The notes beneath the pieces were generated by a model, which was given only the letters and a program-made list of their open reading frames with translations, searched no databases and was not told the origin of the DNA. Positions 9,005-18,406 of a DNA stretch of 43,680 nucleotides are shown piece after piece. Origin of the DNA: an uncultured Muribaculaceae bacterium (GTDB taxonomy: Bacteria; Bacillota_I; Bacilli_A; RF39; UBA660); NCBI GenBank assembly GCA_964440475.1, contig CAYTSC010000002.1:11140-54819 (forward strand), given 5' to 3'. The position numbers and the translations under genes were made by a program. How positions within the stretch are numbered: position 1 is the first letter of the stretch; the number at the start of each line of letters is the position of its first letter.

Positions 9005-10911
9005 AAGAATATACAGATAGTGATATACAGGTACTAGAAGGTTTAGAAGCAGTTCGTAAAAGACCTGGTATGTATATAGGAAGCACAGGCGAAAAGGGAT
9101 TACATCATTTAGTTTGGGAAATAGTAGACAATGCAATTGATGAGGCTTTAGCCGGTTATTGTGATGATATTGAAATCATTGTAGAAAAAAATAATGTTAT
9201 TTCAGTTAGAGATGACGGAAGGGGAATACCAACTGGAATTAATGAAAAAACAGGTTTATCAACAGTAGAAACAATATTTACCAAATTACATGCTGGTGGA
9301 AAATTTGGGGGAGAAGGATATAAAATATCTGGTGGTCTTCATGGTGTTGGAGCAAGCGTTGTAAACGCTCTTTCTGCATGGCTAGAGGTGAAAATTTATC
9401 ATAATGGAAATGTTTATTATCAAAGATTTGAAAATGGTGGAAAATCAGAAGGCGAAATGAAAATAATTGATACTTGTTCAGAAGATAGAACAGGTACTAC
9501 AGTTAGATTTAAAGCTGATCCAGAAATATTTAAGGAAACAACATCTTATAATTTTGAAACTCTATCAAATAGGGTTCGTGAAATGGCATTCTTAAATAGG
9601 GGATTAAGAATAATTTTAATAGATGAAAGAGAAGAAGAACAAAAAAAAGAATATTTATATAAAGGCGGAATTGTAGAATACATTGAACTTTTAAATAAAA
9701 ATAAAAAAGGAATTCATGACACAATTATATATATAGAAGGAATGGAAGAAAACGTTATTTTAGAAGTGGCTATGCAATATAATGATACTTATAATCCTAG
9801 TATGTATTCATTTGTTAATAATGTTAATACTTATGAAGGAGGAACGCATGAAGAAGGAGTAAGAAGAGCACTTACAAGAGTAATTAATAATTATGCAAAA
9901 GCAAATAAATATTTAAAAGAAAATGATGAATCTTTATCTGGAGATGATGTAAGAGAAGGATTAACAATAATAATTTCATGTAAACATCCAAATCCAGAAT
10001 TTGAAGGTCAAACTAAAACAAAATTAGGAAATGTAGAAGTTAGAAAAATATCAGATGATATTTTTGCCTCGGGATTAGAAAGATTCTTAATGGAAAATCC
10101 TGATGAATCAAAAATAATTATGGAAAAAGTATTAACTGCTTCAAGAGCAAGAATAGCCGCTAAAAGAGCAAGAGAACTTACAAGGAGAAAAGGCGGACTT
10201 GATCTTTCAACTCATCTTGGAACATTAACTGATTGTATATCAAAGGATCCAACTAACACAGAAATATTTATTGTTGAAGGAAATAGTGCAGCGGGACCGG
10301 CAAAACAAGGAAGAAATGCGGCAACACAAGCAGTTATACCTATTAGAGGTAAAATATTAAATGTTGAAAAAGCAAGATTAGATCGCGTTTTAGGTAACGA
10401 AGAAATAAGAAGTTTAATATCTGCATTTGGAACGGGTATTGGTGATGAATTTGATATTAATAAACTAAGATATAATAAAATAATAATAATGACCGATGCT
10501 GATGTAGATGGAGCTCATATTAGAACACTTTTATTAACATTCTTTTATCGATATTTTAAGCCTCTTGTTGAAAAAGGACACATATATGCTGCTCAACCAC
10601 CACTATATTGTATTACACATGGTAAAACGAAAAAATATGTCTTAAATGAAAAAGAAAGAGATGAATACCTAGATACATTACCCGAAAATACTAAATATGA
10701 TATTGGAAGAATGAAGGGTCTTGGTGAAATGGATGCAATTGAATTAAGGGAGACAACAATGCATAAAGATACAAGACAATTAGTGAGAATGCATTTAGAA
10801 GATGCAATTATAGCTGATGAAACATTCCAAATATTAATGGGTGAAGATGTTGAACCACGTAGAAATTTTATTGAAGAAAATGCATTAAATGTTAAAAATT
10901 TAGATGTATAA
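9001..10911 (+). CDS. gyrB: DNA gyrase subunit B
   Basis: GHKL ATPase N-terminus ([16 protein letters not shown]), Toprim motifs EGNSAAG and [11 protein letters not shown], and the C-terminal [12 protein letters not shown]. Confidence 0.97.
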   Translation: MKEYTDSDIQVLEGLEAVRKRPGMYIGSTGEKGLHHLVWEIVDNAIDEALAGYCDDIEIIVEKNNVISVRDDGRGIPTGINEKTGLSTVETIFTKLHAGGKFGGEGYKISGGLHGVGASVVNALSAWLEVKIYHNGNVYYQRFENGGKSEGEMKIIDTCSEDRTGTTVRFKADPEIFKETTSYNFETLSNRVREMAFLNRGLRIILIDEREEEQKKEYLYKGGIVEYIELLNKNKKGIHDTIIYIEGMEENVILEVAMQYNDTYNPSMYSFVNNVNTYEGGTHEEGVRRALTRVINNYAKANKYLKENDESLSGDDVREGLTIIISCKHPNPEFEGQTKTKLGNVEVRKISDDIFASGLERFLMENPDESKIIMEKVLTASRARIAAKRARELTRRKGGLDLSTHLGTLTDCISKDPTNTEIFIVEGNSAAGPAKQGRNAATQAVIPIRGKILNVEKARLDRVLGNEEIRSLISAFGTGIGDEFDINKLRYNKIIIMTDADVDGAHIRTLLLTFFYRYFKPLVEKGHIYAAQPPLYCITHGKTKKYVLNEKERDEYLDTLPENTKYDIGRMKGLGEMDAIELRETTMHKDTRQLVRMHLEDAIIADETFQILMGEDVEPRRNFIEENALNVKNLDV

Positions 10912-10924
10912 GGGGGAGTAAGAT

Positions 10925-13456
10925 ATGAATAAAGAAGAAAATATGAATAATGAAATTGACGCTAGAGAAAATATTATTACACATGATTTAAATGAAGAAA
11001 TGAGAACATCTTTCTTAGATTATTCAATGAGTGTAATTATTTCTCGTGCAATACCAGATGTTAGAGATGGATTAAAACCGGTTCATAGAAGAATACTATA
11101 TACTATGTATGAAGAAGGAATGACTCCAGAAAGAAAACATCAAAAAAGTGCTAATGCTGTTGGAGCTATAATGGGTCATTATCATCCACATGGAGATACG
11201 GCAATTTATGATTCATTAGTAAGAATGGCACAAGATTTTACATACCGTCATATGTTAATTGATGGACATGGTAACTTTGGATCTATAGATGGTGATGGTG
11301 CTGCAGCTTATCGTTATACCGAAGCGAGGCTTTCTAAAATTTCAATGGAAATTTTGAGAGATTTAAATAAAAACACTGTTGATTTTAAAGATAACTATGA
11401 TGGTCAAAGAAGAGAACCGGAAATACTTCCGAGTAGATTCCCTAATATATTAGTAAATGGTAATATGGGAATTGCTGTAGGTATGGCTACAAATATCCCG
11501 CCACATAACCTAGGTGAAGCAATTGATGCTTGTGTTGCATTTATTGATAATAATGATATAACAATTGAAGAATTGATGAATTATATTAAAGGACCAGATT
11601 TTCCTACTTCAGGATCAATACTAGGGAATAGTGGTATAAAAAAAGCATTTGAAACAGGAAGAGGATCAATTACAATAAGATCTAAAGTTGAAATTGAAGA
11701 AACAGATAATAAATCAAGAATAATAATTACTGAATTGCCATATCAAGTTAATAAAAAGTCACTAATAAAGAGAATTGCAGAATTAGTAAGAGATAAAGTA
11801 ATTGATGGTATTACAAATTTAAATGATGAATCAGCTTTAGAAGGAATAAGAATAGTAATAGACATTAGAAGAGATGCAAATGCAAACGTTATTCTTAACA
11901 ATTTGTATAAATTAACATCACTGCAAGTTTCTTATGGTATAAACTTCTTAATGTTAGCTGACGGTAGGCCAAATACAATGAATCTAAAGGAAATTTTAGA
12001 TCATTACGTAAATTACCAAAAAACAATTATTGTAAGAAGAACAAAATTTGATTTAGAAAAATCACAGGCAAGAGAACATATTTTAGAAGGTTTAAAAATA
12101 GCTTTAGATAATATAGATGAAGTGATAGCTATTATTAAAACAGCTAAAACAGATGAGGAAGCAACGTCTAATTTAATAAGTAGATTTGGTTTGACCAATG
12201 AACAAACCCAAGCAATTTTAGAAATGAAATTAAGAAGAATAACTGGTCTTGAAAGAGGAAAAGTAGAAGATGAATTATCAGAACTATTAAAATTAATAGC
12301 AGATCTAAAAGATATTTTATCAAGAGAAGAAAGAGTTTTAGAAATAATAAAAACTGAAATGATTGATATTAAAAATAAATATGCAGACAAAAGAAAAACA
12401 ATAATTGACATGACAGCCATTGAGTATATTGATGATGAATCATTAATAGAAGAACAAAACAGTATTATGACGCTAACAAACAAAGGATATATTAAGAGAA
12501 TCCCGCTTGATGCCTATAGAACTCAAAACCGAGGCGGAGTTGGAGTAAAAGGAATGACAACAAATGAAGAGGATTTTGTCGAAATAATGTTAAATTTATC
12601 AACACATGATTATGTATTGTTTTTTACAAATAAAGGAAAAGTATACAGATTAAAAGGATATGAAATACCTGAATATAGTAGACAAGCAAAAGGAATTCCA
12701 ATTATTAACCTACTACAAATAGATAAAGATGAAATGATTAATTCCGTAATTAAGTATACTCCAGAAGAGGAAAACCATAAAAACACTTTAGTATTTGTTA
12801 CAAAATATGGAATAATTAAAAAAACAGATGTTAGCGAATTCGATAGTATAAGAGCAAACGGAAAAATTTGTATAACTCTAAAAGAAAATGATGAATTAAT
12901 TTCTGTAAAAGCAACTGATGGAGAAAGTTTAATTATTTTAGGCTCTAGTTCAGGAAGAATGGTTGTGTTTGACGAATCGGAAGTAAGATCTATGGGAAGA
13001 ACTGCAACCGGCGTTAGAGGAATTAATCTAGATGATTCTACTTGTATAGGAGCCGAAGTTGCAAAGGCAACAGATAACATACTAATAGTAACTGAAAAAG
13101 GTTATGGTAAAAAAACAAATCTAAGCGAATATAGAAAAACTAAAAGAGGTAGCAAAGGAGTAAAAGCACTTAATATAACCGAAAAGAATGGAAATATTGC
13201 CTCATTTAGAAAAGTTGACGATGATTTTGACGTTATGATAATTACAAACTCAGGAATGATGATTAGATTACCAATAAATCAGATATCACAACTTGGCAGA
13301 GTAACACAAGGAGTAAGATTAATAAACTTAAAAGAAGAACAACTTGTTTCAACTATAAGCATTATTAAGGAACCAGAAGAAACAGAAGAAGCAGAAGAAG
13401 TAGAAGAATATGAGGAACAAAATGTAAAAGAAACAGAAGAAGCAGAAGAAAATTAA
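10925..13456 (+). CDS. gyrA: DNA gyrase subunit A
   Basis: Active-site region AAAYRYTEARL, QRDR-like HPHGDTAIYDSLVRMAQ, beta-pinwheel CTD, and an acidic tail. Confidence 0.97.
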   Translation: MNKEENMNNEIDARENIITHDLNEEMRTSFLDYSMSVIISRAIPDVRDGLKPVHRRILYTMYEEGMTPERKHQKSANAVGAIMGHYHPHGDTAIYDSLVRMAQDFTYRHMLIDGHGNFGSIDGDGAAAYRYTEARLSKISMEILRDLNKNTVDFKDNYDGQRREPEILPSRFPNILVNGNMGIAVGMATNIPPHNLGEAIDACVAFIDNNDITIEELMNYIKGPDFPTSGSILGNSGIKKAFETGRGSITIRSKVEIEETDNKSRIIITELPYQVNKKSLIKRIAELVRDKVIDGITNLNDESALEGIRIVIDIRRDANANVILNNLYKLTSLQVSYGINFLMLADGRPNTMNLKEILDHYVNYQKTIIVRRTKFDLEKSQAREHILEGLKIALDNIDEVIAIIKTAKTDEEATSNLISRFGLTNEQTQAILEMKLRRITGLERGKVEDELSELLKLIADLKDILSREERVLEIIKTEMIDIKNKYADKRKTIIDMTAIEYIDDESLIEEQNSIMTLTNKGYIKRIPLDAYRTQNRGGVGVKGMTTNEEDFVEIMLNLSTHDYVLFFTNKGKVYRLKGYEIPEYSRQAKGIPIINLLQIDKDEMINSVIKYTPEEENHKNTLVFVTKYGIIKKTDVSEFDSIRANGKICITLKENDELISVKATDGESLIILGSSSGRMVVFDESEVRSMGRTATGVRGINLDDSTCIGAEVAKATDNILIVTEKGYGKKTNLSEYRKTKRGSKGVKALNITEKNGNIASFRKVDDDFDVMIITNSGMMIRLPINQISQLGRVTQGVRLINLKEEQLVSTISIIKEPEETEEAEEVEEYEEQNVKETEEAEEN

Positions 13457-13477
13457 TAATACTTTTATAAAAGTCAT

Positions 13478-13510
13478 GAAAAATATTTCCCGGGAAATAT
13501 TTTTCTTTTA
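13478..13510 (+). terminator. gyrA terminator: 28-bp perfect palindrome plus T-rich tail
   Basis: GAAAAATATTTCCC|GGGAAATATTTTTC (13478-13505) followed by TTTTA. The core is identical to a Noc-binding-site palindrome. Confidence 0.7.
13484..13499. promoter_or_regulatory. Noc-binding-site (NBS)-type palindrome, copy 1
   Basis: TATTTCCCGGGAAATA matches the B. subtilis NBS consensus ATTTCCCGGGAAAT at 14/14, and its extended 16-bp form at 16/16. Confidence 0.6.
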
Positions 13511-13519
13511 ATCAAAAGA

Positions 13520-13535
13520 TGTTACACGTGTAACA
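13520..13535. promoter_or_regulatory. parS: parS centromere-like site, copy 1 (intergenic)
   Basis: TGTTACACGTGTAACA matches TGTTNCACGTGAAACA at 15/16. It is a perfect palindrome, extended to 18 bp as ATGTTACACGTGTAACAT. A ParB gene is present in the window. Confidence 0.8.
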
Positions 13536-13543
13536 TTGATATT

Positions 13544-13559
13544 TATTTCCCGGGAAATA
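13544..13559. promoter_or_regulatory. Noc-binding-site (NBS)-type palindrome, copy 2
   Basis: Identical 16-mer TATTTCCCGGGAAATA, ending 5 bp upstream of the -35 of the SRP RNA promoter. Confidence 0.6.
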
Positions 13560-13564
13560 AAATA

Positions 13565-13592
13565 TTGATTTTAATAGATAAAGTGGTATAAT
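13565..13592 (+). promoter_or_regulatory. sigma-A type promoter of the SRP RNA gene
   Basis: -35 TTGATT (13565-13570), 16-nt spacer, extended -10 TGGTATAAT (13584-13592). Confidence 0.65.
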
Positions 13593-13598
13593 CAATTT

Positions 13599-13675
13599 GT
13601 GCAACAAACATATTGGAAACTGGTCAGGATTGGAAAATAGCAGCCATAACAATTAATGTTTGTGTGCACTTTTTG
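13599..13675 (+). ncRNA. ffs: small (4.5S-like) signal recognition particle RNA
   Basis: Long hairpin GTGCAACAAACAT...ATGTTTGTGTGCAC enclosing the conserved domain IV sequence GGUCAGGauuGGAAaauAGCAGCC (GGAA tetraloop). Followed by TTTTTG and located next to tadA/dnaX as in Firmicutes. Confidence 0.8.
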
Positions 13676-13689
13676 TTTGAAGGAGTAAT

Positions 13690-14124
13690 ATGGAAATAAA
13701 ATATATAGAAAAATGTCTAGATTTAGCTGAAAAATCATATAAATATGAAGATTTTCCTGTGGGAGCGATTATAGTTTATAATAATAAAGTAGTAGGAAAA
13801 GGATACAATAAAAGAAATGTTACACGTGTAACATATGATCATGCAGAAATAATTGCAATTAGACAGGCTAATAAAAAATTAAAAACATGGAGGCTTAATG
13901 ATTGTGAAATGTATGTTTCGCTAGAGCCGTGTAAAATGTGTGAAAAAGTAATTAAAGAATCAAGAATAAAAAAAGTATATTACTTAGTTTCTAGAAATGT
14001 TGATAAAGAACAATATAAAGGAACGATAGTAGAAAAGATATGTGAAAAAAACAATGATATTGACCAAATAAAAATTAAAGAATATAAGGAAAGTTTAAAG
14101 CAGTTTTTTGCTTATAAAAGATAA
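13690..14124 (+). CDS. tadA: tRNA-specific adenosine deaminase
   Basis: 144 aa with CDA zinc motifs HAE (DHAEIIAI) and PCxxC (LEPCKMCEKVI). Conserved neighbourhood with ffs and dnaX. Confidence 0.9.
   Translation: MEIKYIEKCLDLAEKSYKYEDFPVGAIIVYNNKVVGKGYNKRNVTRVTYDHAEIIAIRQANKKLKTWRLNDCEMYVSLEPCKMCEKVIKESRIKKVYYLVSRNVDKEQYKGTIVEKICEKNNDIDQIKIKEYKESLKQFFAYKR
13818..13833. promoter_or_regulatory. parS: parS centromere-like site, copy 2 (inside tadA)
   Basis: Identical TGTTACACGTGTAACA (18-bp identity across 13817-13834), in frame in tadA and encoding NVTRVTY. Confidence 0.75.
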
Positions 14125-14171
14125 TATTTTTTCATAAAATATGTTATAATTAAGAAGCAAGAGGTGATGAC

Positions 14172-15794
14172 ATGAATTATAAAGTTTTATATAGAAAATA
14201 TAGACCTATTGACTTTAATGATGTTGTTGGTCAAGATCATATAGTAGAAGTTTTAATGAATTCAATTGCGAATTCTAAAACTGCACATGCATATATATTC
14301 ACTGGTGTTAGAGGAACGGGAAAGACAAGCATAGCAAAAATTTTTGCTAAGGCTATTAATTGTATGGATAATAAATCTGGTAATGCCTGTAATAAATGTG
14401 TAAATTGCTTAAATATTAACTCCACATCAGATGTAATTGAAATAGATGCGGCATCAAATAATAGTGTTGATGACATTAGAGAAATAGTTAGTAATTCTCG
14501 TTTAGTTCCTTCAGCAATGAATTATAGAATATATATAATAGACGAGGTGCATATGCTTTCAACAGGAGCATTTAATGCGCTATTAAAAACACTAGAGGAA
14601 CCCGTTAGTCATGTCAAGTTTATTTTGGCAACAACCGATGTCCATAAGATGCCATCAACGGTATTGTCGAGATGTCAAAGATTTGATTTTAGGAAAATAA
14701 ATACTGATATCATTGAAAAACATTTGAAAAAAATATGTAAAAAAGAAAATATTGAATATGAAGATGCTGCAATAAGGGAAATAGCTTTTTTAAGTGACGG
14801 AGCATTAAGAGATGGATTGAGTATATTAGATCAATTATCGAATATAAATCATAAAATAACATTAAATGATGTTCAAATATCATTTGGATCAATTCCTCAG
14901 GATATTGTTGAAGAAATAATGTTATCAATTGAAAAGAAAAATATTGAATCATTTTTAAGTGTTACAAGCCAAATTAAAGAAAGAAATTTAAATATTGGAA
15001 TATTAATAAATAAACTCATACAGAATTATAAAGAAAAAATAAATAATAATATTAATGATAAAAAAATCAATATAGATGAGTATAGGTTAATAATCCTTTC
15101 TTTGATCGATACGGCTAGCATGCTAAAAAGTACATATGATTCAAATATGCTATTTGAAATGAATATGTTGAGTTTAATGTTACAAGCGCCGGAACCAAAA
15201 GAAGAACAAGAAAATTCTACTATTGAAGTAAAGGCAATGATCGACAATAAAAAACAAAATTATGAAAAAGATCCACTTATAGATAAAATAGAAGAACCAC
15301 TAATAAATATTGAAGACCAGGATGTAGAACCGAAAATAACAAAAGAAATTAAGAAAATAAGAATAAATAATTGTTTTGCAGAAGCAAACAAAGAAACAAA
15401 AGTTAAAATATCAAAACATTGGAAAAAATATATTAAATTAATAAGTGAAAAAGATCTACCAAAATACTCGTTATTAGAGGAAAGTGTAGTCGAAGTTTCA
15501 TCGGAAGCTAACGCAATAATTTCATTACCAAATAAAAGCTTTGTAGAAATGTCTGATAAAGTTTTAGAAGAAATTGAAAAAAACTTTTCAGAACAAATTG
15601 GAAACAAAGTGAAATTGTGTTTTCTTTCTAAAAGTGAATGGGAAAGAGAAAAGGAAAAATACATAGTTAATAAAAATACTAGAAAATATACTATTATGGC
15701 CGAACCAAAATTAGTTAAAAATGGTACAAAAATAAAAAAACAAGCAATAGATATATTTGGCGAAGAAAGTGTAGAAATAAAAGAGGAGGAATAG
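14172..15794 (+). CDS. dnaX: DNA polymerase III subunit gamma/tau
   Basis: Walker A GVRGTGKTS, zinc module CNKCVNC, Walker B IYIIDEVHML, sensor SRCQRF. Confidence 0.95.
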   Translation: MNYKVLYRKYRPIDFNDVVGQDHIVEVLMNSIANSKTAHAYIFTGVRGTGKTSIAKIFAKAINCMDNKSGNACNKCVNCLNINSTSDVIEIDAASNNSVDDIREIVSNSRLVPSAMNYRIYIIDEVHMLSTGAFNALLKTLEEPVSHVKFILATTDVHKMPSTVLSRCQRFDFRKINTDIIEKHLKKICKKENIEYEDAAIREIAFLSDGALRDGLSILDQLSNINHKITLNDVQISFGSIPQDIVEEIMLSIEKKNIESFLSVTSQIKERNLNIGILINKLIQNYKEKINNNINDKKINIDEYRLIILSLIDTASMLKSTYDSNMLFEMNMLSLMLQAPEPKEEQENSTIEVKAMIDNKKQNYEKDPLIDKIEEPLINIEDQDVEPKITKEIKKIRINNCFAEANKETKVKISKHWKKYIKLISEKDLPKYSLLEESVVEVSSEANAIISLPNKSFVEMSDKVLEEIEKNFSEQIGNKVKLCFLSKSEWEREKEKYIVNKNTRKYTIMAEPKLVKNGTKIKKQAIDIFGEESVEIKEEE

Positions 15795-15796
15795 TT

Positions 15797-16093
15797 ATGA
15801 ATATGCAAAATATAATGGCACAAGCACAAAAAATGCAAAAGGAAATAACAAAAGCAAAGGAAGAAATAGATTCTACTATATTTGAAAGTGAAAACGAAAT
15901 GATAAAAGTTTCGTTAAAAGGTAGCAAAGAAATAGACTCTTTAAAAATAAAAATTTCTAAAGTAGAAGAAGATGATATTGAAATATTAGAAGACATGATT
16001 CGTATTGCATTTGTTGATTGTATAAATCAAATAAATAAGGAAACAGAGAAAAAATTAGGAAAATATGGCAATGCGCTGAACGGATTGATTTAA
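15797..16093 (+). CDS. ybaB: YbaB/EbfC family nucleoid-associated protein
   Basis: 98 aa, MNMQNIMAQAQKMQKEI..., in the conserved position between dnaX and recR. Confidence 0.9.
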   Translation: MNMQNIMAQAQKMQKEITKAKEEIDSTIFESENEMIKVSLKGSKEIDSLKIKISKVEEDDIEILEDMIRIAFVDCINQINKETEKKLGKYGNALNGLI

Positions 16094-16693
16094 GTGATAT
16101 ATCCCGAAATATTAGAAAATATTATTGAGTATTTTAAAAAAATACCTGGCGTAGGAGAAAAGACGGCAGAAAGAATGTCGTTGTCTTTAATTGATTTATC
16201 CGAAAGAGAGTTAGAAGATTTTTCTAAACATATTCAAAGTATCAAAAAAAAATTAAGAAATTGTGAAATTTGTGGCCATATTACAGAAGGAAACAAATGT
16301 TCTGTTTGTTCTGATATAGAAAGAAATCAGAATATCTTATGTGTAGTCGAAGATTATAAAAGTGTTTTCGTTTTTGAAAAAACAGGTAATTATAAGGGGA
16401 TTTATCATGTTTTAGGAGGATTAATATCTCCTATAGATAAGATATATCCGGAAGATATTAACTTATCTTCTCTTACAAAAAGATGTGATTCTAATAAAGA
16501 AAACATGGAAATAATTATTGCTTTAAAGCCGACTATTGAAGGAGAGGCAACTACGTTATATATTAAAAAGATATTTGAAGACAAAGGTATAAAAGTATCT
16601 AGGCTATCATACGGAATACCGATGGGTGCTGAGATTGATTATTTAGATACTATAACATTAGATAGAGCTCTTCAAGATAGAAAAGAGATCTAA
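16094..16693 (+). CDS. recR: recombination protein RecR
   Basis: GTG start. HhH region IPGVGEKTAERM, C4 zinc finger CEICGHITEGNKCSVC, and a Toprim domain. Confidence 0.93.
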   Translation: MIYPEILENIIEYFKKIPGVGEKTAERMSLSLIDLSERELEDFSKHIQSIKKKLRNCEICGHITEGNKCSVCSDIERNQNILCVVEDYKSVFVFEKTGNYKGIYHVLGGLISPIDKIYPEDINLSSLTKRCDSNKENMEIIIALKPTIEGEATTLYIKKIFEDKGIKVSRLSYGIPMGAEIDYLDTITLDRALQDRKEI

Positions 16694-16695
16694 AT

Positions 16696-17565
16696 ATGGA
16701 AATATGTCCATTCGAAAAAATTGAAAAAGAAATTAAAGAAAATAAATTTTCTCATGCATATTTAATTGAAACAAACAATATTGAGAGATGTAAAAAAGAA
16801 TTAATTTTTTCACTTAAAAAAATAATTTTTGAACAAGTAAGCCCAGAAGATTATAAAATAATAAGTAATCAAATCGAAAAAAATGTTTTTCCTGAAATAA
16901 TAACAATTGAACCAGAAGAAAATATTATAAAAAAGGAACAATCTATGTATTTACAAGAACAATTTTTAAATAAACCAATATATTCTAAACAAAAAAAATA
17001 TATAATAATAAAACCAGAAAAATTAAATCAGTCTGCTGCAAATTCACTATTAAAATTTCTTGAAGAACCAGAAGAACAGATAGTCGGTTTCTTAATAACG
17101 GCTAATCAGCATGGCGTGATCTCAACAATTAAAAGCAGGTGTACCTTATTAAGAAAATATTATGATAATGAAAGTTTAGAAGATGAATTTGACGTAGATA
17201 ATGAACAATTAACAAAAATATATTTAGCTATTAAATTAATCTTAAGTAACCTTGATCAAGGTAACGTAGCCGAATTATTTTTAAAAAGAAAAGAAGTTTT
17301 GGAAAAAATAAGTACGAGAGAAGACTTTTCTACAATGTTAAGAATCATTAACAAGATATATTATAAAAAGTTAATGAATGTTAAAAATAGTGGCACAAAT
17401 AATGAGGTCGATAAATTTGTGCCACTATTAAAAGAACAAAATAAAAAAAGTATTTTAAATAAAATGATAATAATTGAAGAAATAATTAAAAATAGTGGTT
17501 ATAATATAAATATTGATTTGAGTTTTGATCAATTATTTATAGAAATGGGGAAAGTAAATGAATGA
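16696..17565 (+). CDS. holB: DNA polymerase III delta' subunit
   Basis: 289 aa with SHAYLIE near the N-terminus and the sensor motif SRCTLL. Followed by the PSP1 gene as in B. subtilis (holB-yaaT). Confidence 0.8.
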   Translation: MEICPFEKIEKEIKENKFSHAYLIETNNIERCKKELIFSLKKIIFEQVSPEDYKIISNQIEKNVFPEIITIEPEENIIKKEQSMYLQEQFLNKPIYSKQKKYIIIKPEKLNQSAANSLLKFLEEPEEQIVGFLITANQHGVISTIKSRCTLLRKYYDNESLEDEFDVDNEQLTKIYLAIKLILSNLDQGNVAELFLKRKEVLEKISTREDFSTMLRIINKIYYKKLMNVKNSGTNNEVDKFVPLLKEQNKKSILNKMIIIEEIIKNSGYNINIDLSFDQLFIEMGKVNE

Positions 17566-18406
17566 AATTTATGGAATAGCGTTCAAAAATGGCGGTAAAA
17601 TATATAATTTTTCTGGAAACAGTGATATTTATAATATTAGTGATGAAGTAATTGTAGAAACTGAAAAAGGACATCAGTTTGGAATTGTTGTCGAAAAAAA
17701 CGTGAAAATTAACAATAAAAATATTAAGTCGATTATTCGTATTGCTAATGAAAAGGATAAAAAGCAATACTTAAAAAATATTAAAGACTCTGAACAGGCT
17801 TTAATAAAAGCTCAAAGTTTTGCTGATGATTTGGATATAGAAATGAATATTGTTGATGCTTCATATACGTTTGATAGAAGGCAGTTGTTATTTAATTTTA
17901 TTGCGAGCGAGCGAGTTGACTTTAGGGAATTAGTGAAAATGTTAGCATCGGAATATCATACAAGAATCGAATTAAGACAAATTGGAGTTAGAGATAAAGC
18001 GAAATTGGTTGGTGGAATAGGTCAATGTGGTAGAGAGCAATGTTGTACTTGCTTTTTAGAAACAATTGACAGCATTACAATTAATATGGCCAAAAATCAA
18101 GATATTGCTTTGAATCCAAATAAAATAAATGGCGCTTGCGGTAGGCTACTATGTTGCTTGACATATGAAGATGAAACATATAGCGAAAATAGAAAAAGTT
18201 TGCCAAAAGTTGGTGAGTTTATTAATACAGAACACGGTAAGGGAAAAGTAGAAAGTATTAATATTCTTGAAAAAAAATATACTATTTCCATTAATAATGA
18301 TAAATATGAAATAGATTGCAAAAATATACAAAATTGCCCTAAATTTCAAAATAATGCAAAAACGACTGAACAGAAAGGAAATAATAAGGGAAAGAGGAAT
18401 AGATAA
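17558..18406 (+). CDS. ricT: PSP1 domain protein (YaaT/RicT family)
   Basis: 282 aa with Cys-rich motifs (GQCGREQCCTCF, GACGRLLCCLTYE) typical of YaaT. Synteny after holB. Confidence 0.85.
   Translation: MNEIYGIAFKNGGKIYNFSGNSDIYNISDEVIVETEKGHQFGIVVEKNVKINNKNIKSIIRIANEKDKKQYLKNIKDSEQALIKAQSFADDLDIEMNIVDASYTFDRRQLLFNFIASERVDFRELVKMLASEYHTRIELRQIGVRDKAKLVGGIGQCGREQCCTCFLETIDSITINMAKNQDIALNPNKINGACGRLLCCLTYEDETYSENRKSLPKVGEFINTEHGKGKVESINILEKKYTISINNDKYEIDCKNIQNCPKFQNNAKTTEQKGNNKGKRNR

Noticed and set aside
13379-13450. 21-bp direct repeat GAAACAGAAGAAGCAGAAGAA (13379-13399 and 13430-13450) at the 3' end of gyrA.
   Set aside because: It encodes the low-complexity acidic tail (ETEEAEE twice) common in GyrA. 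It is not an independent element.
13519-13536. The palindrome read as a TnrA/GlnR box (TGTNA-N7-TNACA) or as a LacI/CcpA cre site.
   Set aside because: The spacer is N6, not N7. The half-sites do not fit TGWAANCG. The 15/16 match to parS, with a ParB gene in the window, is a much better explanation.
15055-15070. Possible programmed frameshift site in dnaX (an A7 run) producing a gamma subunit.
   Set aside because: A-runs are ubiquitous in this genome. There is no downstream stop in the alternative frame at an appropriate distance and no stimulatory hairpin.
16098-16112. NBS-like TATATCCCGAAATAT at the recR start.
   Set aside because: It lacks two central G residues relative to TATTTCCCGGGAAATA, so the half-site spacing is wrong. 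It is probably fortuitous.
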